A stretch of 64,000 bases of DNA from Candidatus Calditenuaceae archaeon HR02 (GCA_002898395.1 BEHE01000003.1:32001-96000), one strand, 5' to 3'; shown: positions 8,594 to 19,416, numbered from the stretch's first letter. A program made the numbers and translations. The notes: a model not told the origin generated them from the letters alone.

Positions 8594-9499
8594 TTGTCTA
8601 AAGCCGATTTTCTTGAGGGCCTAACGATAGATACTCTGATCGAAAGGCTCGAGAAGCACCTTTACGTCGCAGACAGAAGTCTAGCTACAGCGCTCTATCT
8701 CGCCATTAAGATGAATAAGCCCCTCCTCATTGAGGGTGAGCCCGGGTGCGGGAAGACAGAGATTGCCAAGGTGCTTGCAGAGGTTCTACAGACAGACCTG
8801 ATACGGCTCCAATGCTACGAGGGCCTCGACGCCTCCGACGCCATATATGAGTGGAACTATCCTAAGCAGCTCCTCTACATCAGGCTGCTGGAGAATAAGG
8901 GTGACTTAAGGGATGTAGAGTCGGAGATATTCAGCGAGAAGTTCCTTCTTAAGCGGCCGCTCTTAGCGGCCGTAATGCATGAGGGCGAGATTCCGCCGGT
9001 TCTCCTAATAGATGAGATTGATAGGGCCGACGAGGAGTTTGAGGGGTTCCTACTTGAATTTTTAGCCGAGTTTCAAGTTACAATACCTGAGATAGGGACT
9101 ATCAAGTGCAAGAAGCAGCCTATAGTCATACTTACCTCGAATAGGACTAGGGAGATTGGTGACGGCTTAAAGAGGCGCTGCCTCTACTATTATCAGTCTT
9201 ACCCGAGTAGGGAAAAGGAGTTAAAGATATTGAAGCTGAAGGTAAGGGGGCTGGACGAGTCTGTTATGGCGAAGATAGTCGACTTCGTGAATGTCGTTAG
9301 ACAGAGGCCTGAGATTTCAAAAAAGCCTGGTATCTCCGAGTCCCTCGACTGGGCAAACGCGCTGGCCAGGCTGTCAGCGAGGGATCTCAACAGAGATACT
9401 GTAATGGCTACTCTCTCTTGTATAATCAAGACTCAAGAGGACTTAATGAGAATGGATGTTGACTCAATCCTCTCCATGATAGGGGGTAAAAGCGGCTAA
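8594..9499 (+). CDS. coxD: CoxD-type MoxR AAA+ ATPase
   Basis: GEPGCGKT, RLQCYEGLD, YEWNYPKQLL and LLIDEIDRADEEFE. Confidence 0.9.
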   Translation: MSKADFLEGLTIDTLIERLEKHLYVADRSLATALYLAIKMNKPLLIEGEPGCGKTEIAKVLAEVLQTDLIRLQCYEGLDASDAIYEWNYPKQLLYIRLLENKGDLRDVESEIFSEKFLLKRPLLAAVMHEGEIPPVLLIDEIDRADEEFEGFLLEFLAEFQVTIPEIGTIKCKKQPIVILTSNRTREIGDGLKRRCLYYYQSYPSREKELKILKLKVRGLDESVMAKIVDFVNVVRQRPEISKKPGISESLDWANALARLSARDLNRDTVMATLSCIIKTQEDLMRMDVDSILSMIGGKSG

Positions 9500-9501
9500 A
9501 G

Positions 9502-10662
9502 ATGCATCTCTACGACTTCGTCTGCGGGCTGGCGAGAAGCTTAAGGATGCAGGGTCTAAAAGTTGGCGTCTCAGAGTCTATCGACGCATGCCAGGCCATC
9601 GGCCTTGTGATTGATCGGGGCTTCGAAGATATACTGACCGCGATACGCGTTACAATGGTGAAAGACCCCTCAAAGTATCATCTCATCGAGCAGGCTCTCG
9701 AGTATGTTGCCTCGGGAGGCGGCGCGTCGGGGGAAGGAGAGTCTGGTGAGGGGGGTAGTGAAGGCTCTGAGTATGCTCTTCAGCCGATGGGTATGTCTAG
9801 AGGCTCGGGGCAAGACCAGAATAGCGCCTCGACTCAGTTCGTCATGTATAGTCCTGCTGAGTCGCTGCACAGGAGGAGCCTAAGGCCAATAGACGTTCAT
9901 GCCCTGAAGACCGGTAAAAGGATAATCAAGAGGATGCGCCGGAGGCTAGCTGTCCTTCCCGGTAGGCGCTCAACCGCCTCAAAGAAGGGCGATATAGCGT
10001 TTGCAAAGACCATCAGGCACAGTTTTAGAACTTTTGGAGAGATAATGGCGCTGAGAAAATCCACCAAGATTCTCTCACGCGCGAGGCTGGTGGCTCTTAT
10101 CGACATAAGCGGCTCAATGGACACGTATACGGACTGGCTTGTCAGGGCCATGTATCTATTCAGCAGGTTCACTCGTCGCGTGGAGGTGTTCGTGTTCAGT
10201 ACTAGGTTGAGGCGCATAACGGATCTTCTCGCAATAACAGACTTCGACGAGATAAGGAGGAGATTATCAAGCGAGGTTGACTTGTGGGGGAGTGGTACAC
10301 GTATAGGCTACAGCCTGAAAATATTCATAGACAATTATGGCAACATGCTGAACAGGAGCTGGATAGCGGTTATAGTTAGTGATGGCTGGGATACAGGTGA
10401 ACCCGAATTGCTGAAGTGGAGCATGAGCAATCTGAGGCAAAGAGTAGGACGGATAATATGGCTGAACCCACACACAGATAAGCCAAACTTCAGGCCCCTC
10501 ACAATAGGTATGACGACAGCCCTCCCCTACATCGACGTTTTGGCAGGCATGAGCGTGCTCGAGGACTATAGCTCATTTCTGAGGTTCTTCGGAAAGTCGA
10601 TTAAACCATTGAGGCGTGGTGAAAGCCTTGTCAGACGCCAGCCCGAGAGACTGGCGTTATAG
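9502..10662 (+). CDS. coxE: CoxE-type VWA domain protein
   Basis: MIDAS motif DISGSM; GSGTRIG, SDGWDTG and WLNP. Confidence 0.9.
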   Translation: MHLYDFVCGLARSLRMQGLKVGVSESIDACQAIGLVIDRGFEDILTAIRVTMVKDPSKYHLIEQALEYVASGGGASGEGESGEGGSEGSEYALQPMGMSRGSGQDQNSASTQFVMYSPAESLHRRSLRPIDVHALKTGKRIIKRMRRRLAVLPGRRSTASKKGDIAFAKTIRHSFRTFGEIMALRKSTKILSRARLVALIDISGSMDTYTDWLVRAMYLFSRFTRRVEVFVFSTRLRRITDLLAITDFDEIRRRLSSEVDLWGSGTRIGYSLKIFIDNYGNMLNRSWIAVIVSDGWDTGEPELLKWSMSNLRQRVGRIIWLNPHTDKPNFRPLTIGMTTALPYIDVLAGMSVLEDYSSFLRFFGKSIKPLRRGESLVRRQPERLAL

Positions 10663-11923
10663 GAGGATATCAAAATTCAGCGAGGTTGAAGAAGTCCTAG
10701 CCGAGGTCACGCAACGTATAGCTGTGAAACTGGGTACGGTTAACTTGAGGCCTAGGTATGCCGTGGGCCATGTATTGGCGGAGGATGTTTTTGCGCGCTT
10801 CGATTTACCGCCTTTCCACATGTCTCATGTCGATGGGTTCGCGGCCCGGAGCTCAGACCTTACTGGTGCTTCTGAGGACGCGCCTGTAGGGCTTGTTGTC
10901 GAAGGACATATTGGGCCCGGAGAGCGTGGGGGGAGGATAGGGCCGGGCAGTACTTTTAGAATTCACACTGGGGGGTATCTCCCCGAAGGCGCTGACACGG
11001 TTATCCCGCAGGAGGATGTCTTCACCGACGGCTCGAAGATCTATGTCCTTCGCCCATATCGCCCATTTGAGAATGTGGTCCCAGCTGGCAGTGACGTGCG
11101 TCAGGGCCAGTTATTGGCTAGGAGGGGGGATGTCTTGTCAGCGGCTAAGGCCTCCCTATTTGAGACGCTCAGGATATACGAGGTTGGTGTTCGTGAGGCT
11201 CCTAGAGTCACAGTACTCTCCTTCGGGGACGAACTCACCGATAATCCCGCCGAGGCTGAGAGCGGAAGAAAGATTCTGAATACACACGCGGTATTAGTTT
11301 CACAAATGGCTCGAGCCCTTGGGTGTGAGCTTATAGGAAACGCTATTGTTCCAGATAGGCTGGAGGCTGTTGGGGCAGCCATAGATCAGGGGATAAAAAA
11401 TTCTCACTGCGTCTTAACAATTGGTGGGTCAAGTGTGGGTGACATCGACTTGGTTGGTGCTGAGCTTGGTAAGCGTGCGGAGCTTTTCATACAGGGACTT
11501 AAGTTACAGCCTGGCAGGGTGGGTGGGGTAGCGTTGATAGGGGGTAAGCCCTTAATAATGCTTCCAGGTCTCATACACTCTACTGTCAATGTCTTTAACT
11601 ATCTTGCGGCGCCAGTATTGCTGCATATGCTTGAAGCTAGCGTGGAGCAATTCGTCATAAAGGTAGATGCATATTTGGCGGAAACTGTAGAGTTTCAGCG
11701 CTGGATCGACTTCAGAAGGATTGTCTGGGTCACTCTAAAGCGGCGGGATGGTGAAGGGTATAAGGCACACCCAAATGTTGCAGACGCCTCTAACATCTCG
11801 TCAATCGCCTATTCACATGGATTCATAGAAGTGCCACCCAATAAGCCGGTCGTCGCTAAGGGAGAAAGAGTGGTGGTTAGGATTCCACTCTGGATTACGC
11901 GAAGCATCAAGGAGCCTGTCTAA
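10616..11923 (+). CDS. moeA: Molybdopterin molybdotransferase MoeA
   Basis: LPPFHMSHVDGFA, IHTGGYLPEGADTVIPQED, GDEL and GGSSVGDID. Confidence 0.93.
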   Translation: MVKALSDASPRDWRYRRISKFSEVEEVLAEVTQRIAVKLGTVNLRPRYAVGHVLAEDVFARFDLPPFHMSHVDGFAARSSDLTGASEDAPVGLVVEGHIGPGERGGRIGPGSTFRIHTGGYLPEGADTVIPQEDVFTDGSKIYVLRPYRPFENVVPAGSDVRQGQLLARRGDVLSAAKASLFETLRIYEVGVREAPRVTVLSFGDELTDNPAEAESGRKILNTHAVLVSQMARALGCELIGNAIVPDRLEAVGAAIDQGIKNSHCVLTIGGSSVGDIDLVGAELGKRAELFIQGLKLQPGRVGGVALIGGKPLIMLPGLIHSTVNVFNYLAAPVLLHMLEASVEQFVIKVDAYLAETVEFQRWIDFRRIVWVTLKRRDGEGYKAHPNVADASNISSIAYSHGFIEVPPNKPVVAKGERVVVRIPLWITRSIKEPV

Positions 11924-12011
11924 GCATACTGCCTGCGAATACAGGGATATTATCAATCTGGGCCGAGCAGATAGAGGTACTGCTTATTAAGACGCAGGAG
12001 TATGAAGTGTT

Positions 12012-13451
12012 GTGAAGCCCTCAGACCCTGAATACCGGGTTGAGAAAGACACGATGGGTGAGATGCGTGTCCCGGTAACCGCTTACTATGGCGCACAGAC
12101 TGCGAGGGCCCTTGAGAACTTCAAGTTTTCCCAACTTACTATGCCCCGCCAGTTCATTAAAGCCCTTGGGCTTATCAAGGCTGGCGCTGCGAAGGCTAAC
12201 ACCGAGCTTGGTTTGCTCCCTAAGCATATCGGAGATGCGATCTATAAGGCTGCACTAGAGGTTGCGGAGGGCCTCCATGACGACCAGTTCGTAGTGGATG
12301 TGTTCCAGACTGGGTCAGGCACCTCAACCAACATGAATGCGAACGAGGTAATAGCGAACAGGGCCTCTGAGCTGCTGGGCGGTAGGAGAGGCGACAAGAT
12401 GCTTGTCCACCCCAATGACCATGTCAACATGGGGCAGTCGACTAATGACGTGATACCCACCGCCATAAGGGTCGCCGTCGCATCCTTAATTCATGAAAAG
12501 CTCCTGAAGAGGCTTGACCTGCTGGCAAGCACCCTTGAACTCAAGGCCCAAGAGTTTAGGGATGTGGTCAAGAGCGGTAGGACACACCTTCAAGACGCCG
12601 TGCCTGTGACACTTGGTCAGGAGTTTAGTGCATATGCAGAGATGATGAGGAAGAGTGTCTATAGGGTTAGGAGGGCCTCAGAGGGTCTTCTCGAGCTACC
12701 TATAGGTGGTACAGCGGTTGGAACAAGTTTGAACGCTCATCCCGAATTTGCACCAAGGGTTGTGAAATTCCTCTCGGAGACCCTCGGCATACCATTTGTG
12801 ACTGCGAGGAACAGGTTTGAGGCGATGGGCAGCCAAGATGCATGTGTTGAGGTCAGTGGAACACTAAGGTGCGTGGCCGGTAGCATTCTAAAGATATGCA
12901 ATGACCTGCGACTCTTATCGTCTGGTCCGGTGACAGGGTTTGGAGAGATTGAGATACCGGCTGTCCAGCCGGGCTCCTCAATAATGCCCGGCAAGGTCAA
13001 CCCCGTGATCGTTGAAGCGTCAATGCTCGCGGCCTGCATGGTAATAGGCTATGACGCAGCGATCTTTGAGGCATCCCGTGTAGGCGAGCTTGAACTGAAC
13101 ATGGGCAACCCGCTCATCGCCTACTGCCTAATAAACTCCGTAGAGCTCCTGAGTAGAACTGCCCAACACCTCGCCGACAAGGTCATACCCGGAATTACGG
13201 CGAATGTGGAGAGGTGCAGGCTCTATGCGGAGAGCAGTCCAGCCACAATCACGGTGCTTGCCCCTCTGATCGGGTATGATAAAGCCGCTGAAATCGCTAG
13301 GAGGGCGATGGGTGAGAGGCGCTCGATAAAGGATATTGTCGTTGAGATGGGACTTATGAGCAGGGAGGAGATCGATAAGGTGTTTGACGTGAAGAGGATG
13401 ACTGAGGGTGGCATACTAGTGCTGAAGAGGGAGCAGGCTCCTCACGGATAG
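12012..13451 (+). CDS. fumC: Class II fumarate hydratase
   Basis: QTGSGTSTNMNANEV, GRTHLQDA and GSSIMPGKVNP. Confidence 0.93.
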   Translation: MKPSDPEYRVEKDTMGEMRVPVTAYYGAQTARALENFKFSQLTMPRQFIKALGLIKAGAAKANTELGLLPKHIGDAIYKAALEVAEGLHDDQFVVDVFQTGSGTSTNMNANEVIANRASELLGGRRGDKMLVHPNDHVNMGQSTNDVIPTAIRVAVASLIHEKLLKRLDLLASTLELKAQEFRDVVKSGRTHLQDAVPVTLGQEFSAYAEMMRKSVYRVRRASEGLLELPIGGTAVGTSLNAHPEFAPRVVKFLSETLGIPFVTARNRFEAMGSQDACVEVSGTLRCVAGSILKICNDLRLLSSGPVTGFGEIEIPAVQPGSSIMPGKVNPVIVEASMLAACMVIGYDAAIFEASRVGELELNMGNPLIAYCLINSVELLSRTAQHLADKVIPGITANVERCRLYAESSPATITVLAPLIGYDKAAEIARRAMGERRSIKDIVVEMGLMSREEIDKVFDVKRMTEGGILVLKREQAPHG

Positions 13452-14650
13452 AGTATTGGCTCAGGGTCTATATCACCTAACTCCCTAATTTTTTCAAGCC
13501 TTGACATCAGATAGTCTCGGATAGCACGAGTGCTTGGAAGCTCGCCCACAATCTCGCCGTTGAGTATGAGGGGCTTCAACAGCCCCTCAACCGGTCTACC
13601 ACACCTCGGGCACCGTTCAAGCTTTTTCTCCCGAGGCACGACTGTGTCGTGGAACATTCCACACCTGTAGACCTGCTTGGGGGAGGGTAGCTTCCCCCTC
13701 TTAGACACGGGGCGGCCCTCAACCTCCACAATATCTAAGGCTAGGTCAATGGATGGTGGGAACGCTATCGAGGTTCCCACACCAAACCCGTCGGCAACAT
13801 CATAGAGCTCCTCAACTTCGCTTTCATCAATCCCACCGCTCACAAATATCCTGACATCCTTATAGCCGTTGACGGCGAGCGTCCACTTAACCTCCTCCAC
13901 AATCCTCCTCATATTCCCCCTCCTAGAAGAGGGGGTGTCTAGTCTGACACCGTAGAGCCTGTCTCCGAGCGTTCTTGCTGCAAGGAGGGCCTCCTCCCTC
14001 TCGTCTAGGAAGGTGTCGCAGAGCGCGATCCTTGGAACATCTTCGGGTATGGCCTCATCGAAGGACTTCCAAGCCTCTGTCTGGCTTCCCGAGACTATTA
14101 TCAGGGCGTGGGGCATTGTTCCTACAGGTCTCTCACCGATTAGCTCCGCCCCTAAAACCCCTGAGACTGCGTCGCAGCCGCCTATGAACGCCGCCCTATC
14201 TACCGCGGGCGCCACAGTCGGATGGACACATCTTATCCCAAAAAAGATCATCGTCTTTCCCCAGCCCTTCAGCCTAATCCTAGCCGCCTTAGTAGCCACG
14301 CTGGAGCCATGCCGTAGCATGCCCAGTATAGTGGACTCATAGACACCAAACTCGCCATAAGCACCTGAAACCTCTATCACAGGCTCGAAAGGCCTGAATA
14401 CCTCGCCCTCCCTCATCGAATAGACATCGACGCGTCTCCCCTCTAAGACTGCAACAACCTCCTCCACACCGGCCAAGACAGCCCACCGATACCCGCTTGG
14501 AAGACCGTAGGCGTGGACATCGGCAACTACCCTCCTGTCTAGGAGCCCCTTAGATGAGAGGACCTCCTGTGTCCTCAGAAAATATACATCGGTAACCTTT
14601 CCCCTCTTTATATCATCAACCGAAGCGGTGTAAACATTAGGCCTCGCCAA
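13442..14650 (-). CDS. pncB: Nicotinate phosphoribosyltransferase
   Basis: TDVYF, GTMPHAL, GVRLDTPSSRRG, SGGI and KRGK. Confidence 0.93.
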   Translation of the reverse strand: MARPNVYTASVDDIKRGKVTDVYFLRTQEVLSSKGLLDRRVVADVHAYGLPSGYRWAVLAGVEEVVAVLEGRRVDVYSMREGEVFRPFEPVIEVSGAYGEFGVYESTILGMLRHGSSVATKAARIRLKGWGKTMIFFGIRCVHPTVAPAVDRAAFIGGCDAVSGVLGAELIGERPVGTMPHALIIVSGSQTEAWKSFDEAIPEDVPRIALCDTFLDEREEALLAARTLGDRLYGVRLDTPSSRRGNMRRIVEEVKWTLAVNGYKDVRIFVSGGIDESEVEELYDVADGFGVGTSIAFPPSIDLALDIVEVEGRPVSKRGKLPSPKQVYRCGMFHDTVVPREKKLERCPRCGRPVEGLLKPLILNGEIVGELPSTRAIRDYLMSRLEKIRELGDIDPEPILYP

Positions 14651-14787
14651 AACACTTCAAGGCATCCACTAAGTAAAGGACGATAAAAACCCTTAAAAAA
14701 TCATCTCCAATCCCACACCCTACAAGGAGATGTGCCCTCCCCGGAAATAGGCCTTATAAACAGCCCGGAGGAAAGGGGCCTAAAGGA

Positions 14788-15207
14788 ATGCCGCGGTTCA
14801 GGCTACAGCTCAACAGGCCATACGGTGTAATCAGCGTAGAAGCCGAGAGCGTCGAGGAGATCGCCGCCTCTCTAAACAAGCTGGTAGAGCTCTCAAATAC
14901 TATTGACAAGAGCCTAGGCCTAGCCTCCCCTGCGGCTCAACAGCAGGCGCCCTCCCAAGGAAGGTCTAGGCGGAGGAGGGGCAGCTCAGAGGCAGTGCTG
15001 GCCCTTGACACAATTGAGAGGCAAATTTTAGGGTCCGGCTTCTTCTCAACTCCGCGCTCAACATCAGAGGTTAGGCAGAAGATCTATGAGTTGACAGGCC
15101 TAAGGCTTCAGAGCAGAAAGGTCAGCCAGGCGCTGGGGATATTATACGAGTCTAAGAAGATTATGAGGGTGGGGAGCAGAGGCAACTATAGATGGTTTGA
15201 GAAATAG
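14788..15207 (+). CDS. Hypothetical protein with a C-terminal winged-helix-like domain
   Basis: Follows a TATA-like TTATAAA; FFSTPRSTSEVRQKI...VSQALGILYESKKIMRVG. Confidence 0.6.
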   Translation: MPRFRLQLNRPYGVISVEAESVEEIAASLNKLVELSNTIDKSLGLASPAAQQQAPSQGRSRRRRGSSEAVLALDTIERQILGSGFFSTPRSTSEVRQKIYELTGLRLQSRKVSQALGILYESKKIMRVGSRGNYRWFEK

Positions 15208-15220
15208 GCGGTCAGTAGGC

Positions 15221-16189
15221 TTATGCGAGGTATGCGTAGACGAACCTATCCAAATGCTTTATACGCTTTGCAGGGTGGGGATGCGTGCTGAAGAGGTCGC
15301 TCAGGGGGTTGGGCTTAGCCCTCCTCAACTCCTCGATAGCCCTCTCGACATCGATGTATGGGTCTACTGCGTGCTCAGGGTCCGAGATGAAGAACATCTT
15401 CAGCTGCTCGGTCCGAGCCCTGGCCTCTGGCGCAATCCTGCCTGAGAGTGCCATAATCCTCACTAGAGCCCTCTGAAGCTTCCTAGCACCGTCACTGACC
15501 ACGGTAGCAGCATGGCTGTCGGCATAGTATTCGCGAAGCCGGCTCATAAGAAAGACGAACAGGTTGAATACGAAGCTCAAAACTATTAGCCCGATGCCTA
15601 TCAATATTGGTGCTGCGCCACCCCCATTCCTCCTAGCGCCTCCGAAAAGACCAGACATGTAAAGTGTATACCCGATATAGTAGATTATCGCCGGTATGAG
15701 ACTTATCATAAGCATGACCACGACGTCCCTGTGCTTAAGGTGCCCCACCTCATGTGCCAAAACCGCCTCAAGCTCTTCGCGCGGGATACGGCCCAAGAGG
15801 CCGCTGGTAACAGCCACCATAGGGCCGGTCAACGGGCTTCCATATGCGAAAGCATTTGGAATATTAATGTTCGCTATCATAACCTTTGGCCTCTGGCGCA
15901 AACCACTCTTAGCCGCCAGCTCGTCAACCATCTGGTACAGCCATGGGTACGCTGTTTGATCTGCCTCTGTCACCCTATAGATAGCGTTGATCAAGAATGG
16001 TCCGAAGAGCCACTGCAAGATGTTTAGGATCACAACGAAGCCTATGACGCCGTAGATATAGAATATTGGCAGTCCTAGATAGAGTATGAGCGCGGTTAAT
16101 AGAAGGGTGGCTGTACCCACAACTGCGAGCCAGATGGTTATCATGCTGACCCGTAGTCCAAGTAGTGAGACCCGAACCTGCTCCATCAT
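15221..16189 (-). CDS. htpX: Zinc metalloprotease HtpX (M48)
   Basis: PNAFAYG, AHEVGHLKHRD, SRLREYYAD and STHP. Confidence 0.95.
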   Translation of the reverse strand: MMEQVRVSLLGLRVSMITIWLAVVGTATLLLTALILYLGLPIFYIYGVIGFVVILNILQWLFGPFLINAIYRVTEADQTAYPWLYQMVDELAAKSGLRQRPKVMIANINIPNAFAYGSPLTGPMVAVTSGLLGRIPREELEAVLAHEVGHLKHRDVVVMLMISLIPAIIYYIGYTLYMSGLFGGARRNGGGAAPILIGIGLIVLSFVFNLFVFLMSRLREYYADSHAATVVSDGARKLQRALVRIMALSGRIAPEARARTEQLKMFFISDPEHAVDPYIDVERAIEELRRAKPNPLSDLFSTHPHPAKRIKHLDRFVYAYLA

Positions 16190-16340
16190 GAGAACACCCT
16201 GAATACAAATAGTCGGGAAGCCAAGTATTAAATCTTATCTGACATATAGCGTTCGTTACTGAACCTATTTTTATTAAAAAGATGGAAATGGAGATGTTAA
16301 CGGTTAAATAAGTGATTTGGCGAGCGGATGAGCCATGTGA

Positions 16341-16625
16341 TCATATTATCTCGCGTACCTTTCTTTCCTCTCTGGGTCTGACCTTGAGTACGCCGTAGTG
16401 TATGGCGCAGGAGATGCAGAGGTTCTCGGTGACTATGTTCTGTGAGATGTATGCACCAGCCTTCTTCAGCTCTCTGAAGAGGTCTCCGCGGACTAGTGAT
16501 ACGCGCCGAGTTACGCGCTGAATCTTGCTCCTAGGAACAAGTGCGCCGCAGTTATCGCACTGAACCATCGGCTCAGAGCCTTTCTGCCCCTTCGCCCTAC
16601 CCCTATTCTTTCTCTTTACAGGCAT
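16341..16625 (-). CDS. rps26e: 30S ribosomal protein S26e
   Basis: MPVKRKNRGR..VQCDNCG..VPR...CISCAIH..VRPREER. Confidence 0.96.
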   Translation of the reverse strand: MPVKRKNRGRAKGQKGSEPMVQCDNCGALVPRSKIQRVTRRVSLVRGDLFRELKKAGAYISQNIVTENLCISCAIHYGVLKVRPREERKVREII

Positions 16626-16726
16626 GTTGTCCAGTGATAACTTGCTAAGGAGCGATTTAAACCCTTTATCTACCTATATTCACGCCGTCAACGCCTTGTT
16701 CAGCCCTTTAAGCCTATACGCCTATG

Positions 16727-17230
16727 CTAGGCCCTCCGCTTTTTCTCCGCCTTCAAGTAGGTCTCAAAAGCCCTGAGAGACTCTTCTTGGACTGGGTCAA
16801 CCGATCCTGGCCTGACCGTCCTAATCCAGTTGAGCGCCTCCTCACTACTCATCCCTTTGCTGTATATCATGTATGCGGCTACTATGGATCCTGATCTCCC
16901 CTGTCCCGCGGCGCAGTGGACCAGCACACTCCGCCCCTGTCTTCTCATCTCGTCAATAAACTTGACCGACTTAAGGATTGTTTCTAGTGGTGGGGGGTCG
17001 TGGTCTGCTGTCGGTAAGTGTTCATAGACGATGTCGAAGCCTTCCAGGAAGATTGGTGGGATCTTGTCCTCGGTCAGGGAGAGTATGGAGCGTATGCCAT
17101 TCTCGTGAAGCCACTGTATCTGCCTCCGTGTAACTGGCCGGCCCGAGACAGCCAAACCTTCGGCAACCCAGCCAAAATTGAAGGGTATGTCTGTAAACAT
17201 TCCCCTTATGCGTCTCGCAACATCCCCCAA
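16727..17230 (-). CDS. Dual-specificity protein phosphatase
   Basis: VHCAAGQGRS (CX5R). The real start is probably TTG 17230 or slightly downstream, because the track ORF overlaps prs. Confidence 0.88.
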   Translation of the reverse strand: MGDVARRIRGMFTDIPFNFGWVAEGLAVSGRPVTRRQIQWLHENGIRSILSLTEDKIPPIFLEGFDIVYEHLPTADHDPPPLETILKSVKFIDEMRRQGRSVLVHCAAGQGRSGSIVAAYMIYSKGMSSEEALNWIRTVRPGSVDPVQEESLRAFETYLKAEKKRRA

Positions 17231-17321
17231 ATTATCCACAGATAATAGTATGCTAGGGGCTTGTATAAGACCCTTGGTCTGGGGAGGGGATATAAATCCC
17301 GAGGAGAGAGTAGTCTCGGTG

Positions 17322-18215
17322 ATGGTGGGGAGGTTTTCACTGGTAGCAGGACCCGCCTCAAGTGAGCTGGGGCTTAGAATTGCTGAGGCGATGGGTCTAA
17401 GAGCCCTAGGGCTCCAGCACAAGACTTTTCCCGACGGCGAGTCCTATTTCAGATTCCTCGAAAAACCAGACTCTACCGTCGTTCTGGTCCAGGGTACGCA
17501 CCCGCCCCAGGATAAACACCTTCTCCAGCTGCTCCTAATGTCGATGGGTCTCAGGGAGCTCGGGGCGTCGCGAATAGTGGCCTTAGTCCCTTACCTCGCA
17601 TATGCGCGGCAGGATAAGGCCTTCTTGGAGGGAGAGACTGTGAGCCTTAAGGTGATTCTACATCTGATGAAGTCGTCCGGGATTGACGAGCTAGTAACGG
17701 TGAATCCACACGCCCCCTGGGCTCTCCGAGAATCTGGTGTCGTGAGCCACTCTATCAGTGTTGCAAAGACTCTTGCATCTAATGTGAAGAGGCGTGGCTG
17801 GCATGTATCCTATGTTGTCTCGCCTGGGAAGAAGGGGATGGAGCTGGCTGTCGAGGCCTCACTCGTGCTTGGAGCTGAGCCTGTGAAGGCTGAGTCGTGG
17901 CGAGACCCAAACACTGGAGAGGTCAGGGTAGAGGTGGAGGATGGGCAGAGATTCAGTAACAAGGGGGTGATGGTTATAGACGACGTGGTAAGTTCGGGGG
18001 GAACCATGAGCAAGCTTGTAAAGAAGCTGAAGTCTGCAAAAGCCTCAAGGGTCTATGCATGCTGCATCCATGGGCTATTCATAGGCGGCTCAGACCAGAG
18101 AATCCTTGAGGCGGGAGCAGATGCAATATTAGCCACAAACACTGTTCCAAACAAGTATGCAGAGGTAGACATATCGGCCGAGGTCGCCGACTTTTTAGCC
18201 ACACTGATATCTTGA
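17322..18215 (+). CDS. prs: Ribose-phosphate pyrophosphokinase
   Basis: FPDGE, PYLAYARQD and IDDVVSSGGT; ATG 17322 is the likely start. Confidence 0.93.
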   Translation: MVGRFSLVAGPASSELGLRIAEAMGLRALGLQHKTFPDGESYFRFLEKPDSTVVLVQGTHPPQDKHLLQLLLMSMGLRELGASRIVALVPYLAYARQDKAFLEGETVSLKVILHLMKSSGIDELVTVNPHAPWALRESGVVSHSISVAKTLASNVKRRGWHVSYVVSPGKKGMELAVEASLVLGAEPVKAESWRDPNTGEVRVEVEDGQRFSNKGVMVIDDVVSSGGTMSKLVKKLKSAKASRVYACCIHGLFIGGSDQRILEAGADAILATNTVPNKYAEVDISAEVADFLATLIS

Positions 18216-19243
18216 AGCGTCTTCTCGCACTGCTTTCAGGCGATGCACCTGGACTTGCATTAAGCGAGCTAAAGTCAATACTCCACATCTTCTACGGCAC
18301 GGACAATGTCGAGAAGATCACAGATAGGGTTGTCCAGATCAACGCCAATATCAGTGACGCCGGAGCCATAACTGGACGCGCGGCATATGTGAAGGAGCTG
18401 GTGGAGCCCCTCATCTACTCCCCAAAACTTGGTGTCGGTGGCGCAGTTGAAGTGGCCGAGTCTGAACTCCTGAAAGGACCGCGTAGTTTTGCTGTAAGGG
18501 CTGTGAGGCTTGGTGGAGTCAAGTGTGATAGGACAGCGGTGGAGAGGTTGCTTGGCGGGGTGGTCATGTCTAGCTATCCTCACCTCAAGGTGGACCTATC
18601 CTCGCCTGATATCGTTATTCACGCGTATATCACGGAGAATGGCGTCTATGCTGGCCCTCTCCTCTCACGGCTAAAATACAGCAGATTAGAGGCTAGGCGG
18701 CCTAAAATGAGACCCTTCCGCCACCCCTCGGCTCTTATGCCGGGACTTGCAAGATGCATGGTCAACCTCACAAGGGTTAAGCCACCTGGATGGATAGTCG
18801 ACCCCTTCGCGGGCACTGGCTCGATCCCTATGGAGGCAGCCGATATGGGGTATAGAGTTGTTGCAATCGAGTTGAAGAGGTGGATCGCGCGTGGATGCCT
18901 CACGAACCTGAAGTGGAGTAGCCATGCCGAGAGGGTTGAGCTGTTATGTGGGGATGCCACAGCCCCTCCGTTGAGGGGGAGGTTCCAGGGTGTAGCAACG
19001 GACCCGCCCTATGGCCGCTCAACACAACTAAGCGACAGAAACATCGAGAGGTTGTATCTAAGCGCATTCTCATCGATTGCAGAGCTACTCGAGCCCGGTA
19101 GTAGAATCGTCGCAGCTATTCCGCAGCAGCGGGTTGATCCGTCACTGCTAGAAGAGATTGGACTCCACCTACTAGAGCAGCACCCCATCAGGATACATTC
19201 GAGCCTTACAAGGGTTGTTTGTGTCTATGGTCGAGGGTCTTGA
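18212..19243 (+). CDS. THUMP-domain tRNA m2G10 methyltransferase (Trm11/TrmG10)
   Basis: THUMP region (SFAVRA, KVDLSSPD); RPFRHP, DPFAGTGS and TDPPYG. Confidence 0.85.
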   Translation: MKRLLALLSGDAPGLALSELKSILHIFYGTDNVEKITDRVVQINANISDAGAITGRAAYVKELVEPLIYSPKLGVGGAVEVAESELLKGPRSFAVRAVRLGGVKCDRTAVERLLGGVVMSSYPHLKVDLSSPDIVIHAYITENGVYAGPLLSRLKYSRLEARRPKMRPFRHPSALMPGLARCMVNLTRVKPPGWIVDPFAGTGSIPMEAADMGYRVVAIELKRWIARGCLTNLKWSSHAERVELLCGDATAPPLRGRFQGVATDPPYGRSTQLSDRNIERLYLSAFSSIAELLEPGSRIVAAIPQQRVDPSLLEEIGLHLLEQHPIRIHSSLTRVVCVYGRGS

Positions 19244-19416
19244 ACTATTCGTTGTCATTTAGCTAATCCCATGCCATGGCAAATATACGGGGTAGCTAAA
19301 AATCGCTCGTCAAAATTACACCAATTTATCATAATAGATGTTAATATTACGTCTATACTGCTCAAATCATGTAAGAATGCTTATTAATGAGAGTTAACAT
19401 TCCTAATTGGTAACTT

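Noticed and set aside
17178-17422. Long head-to-head overlap of prs and the phosphatase gene
   Set aside because: An artefact of longest-ORF starts. The likely starts (17230 and 17322) leave a normal promoter gap containing TATAAAT.
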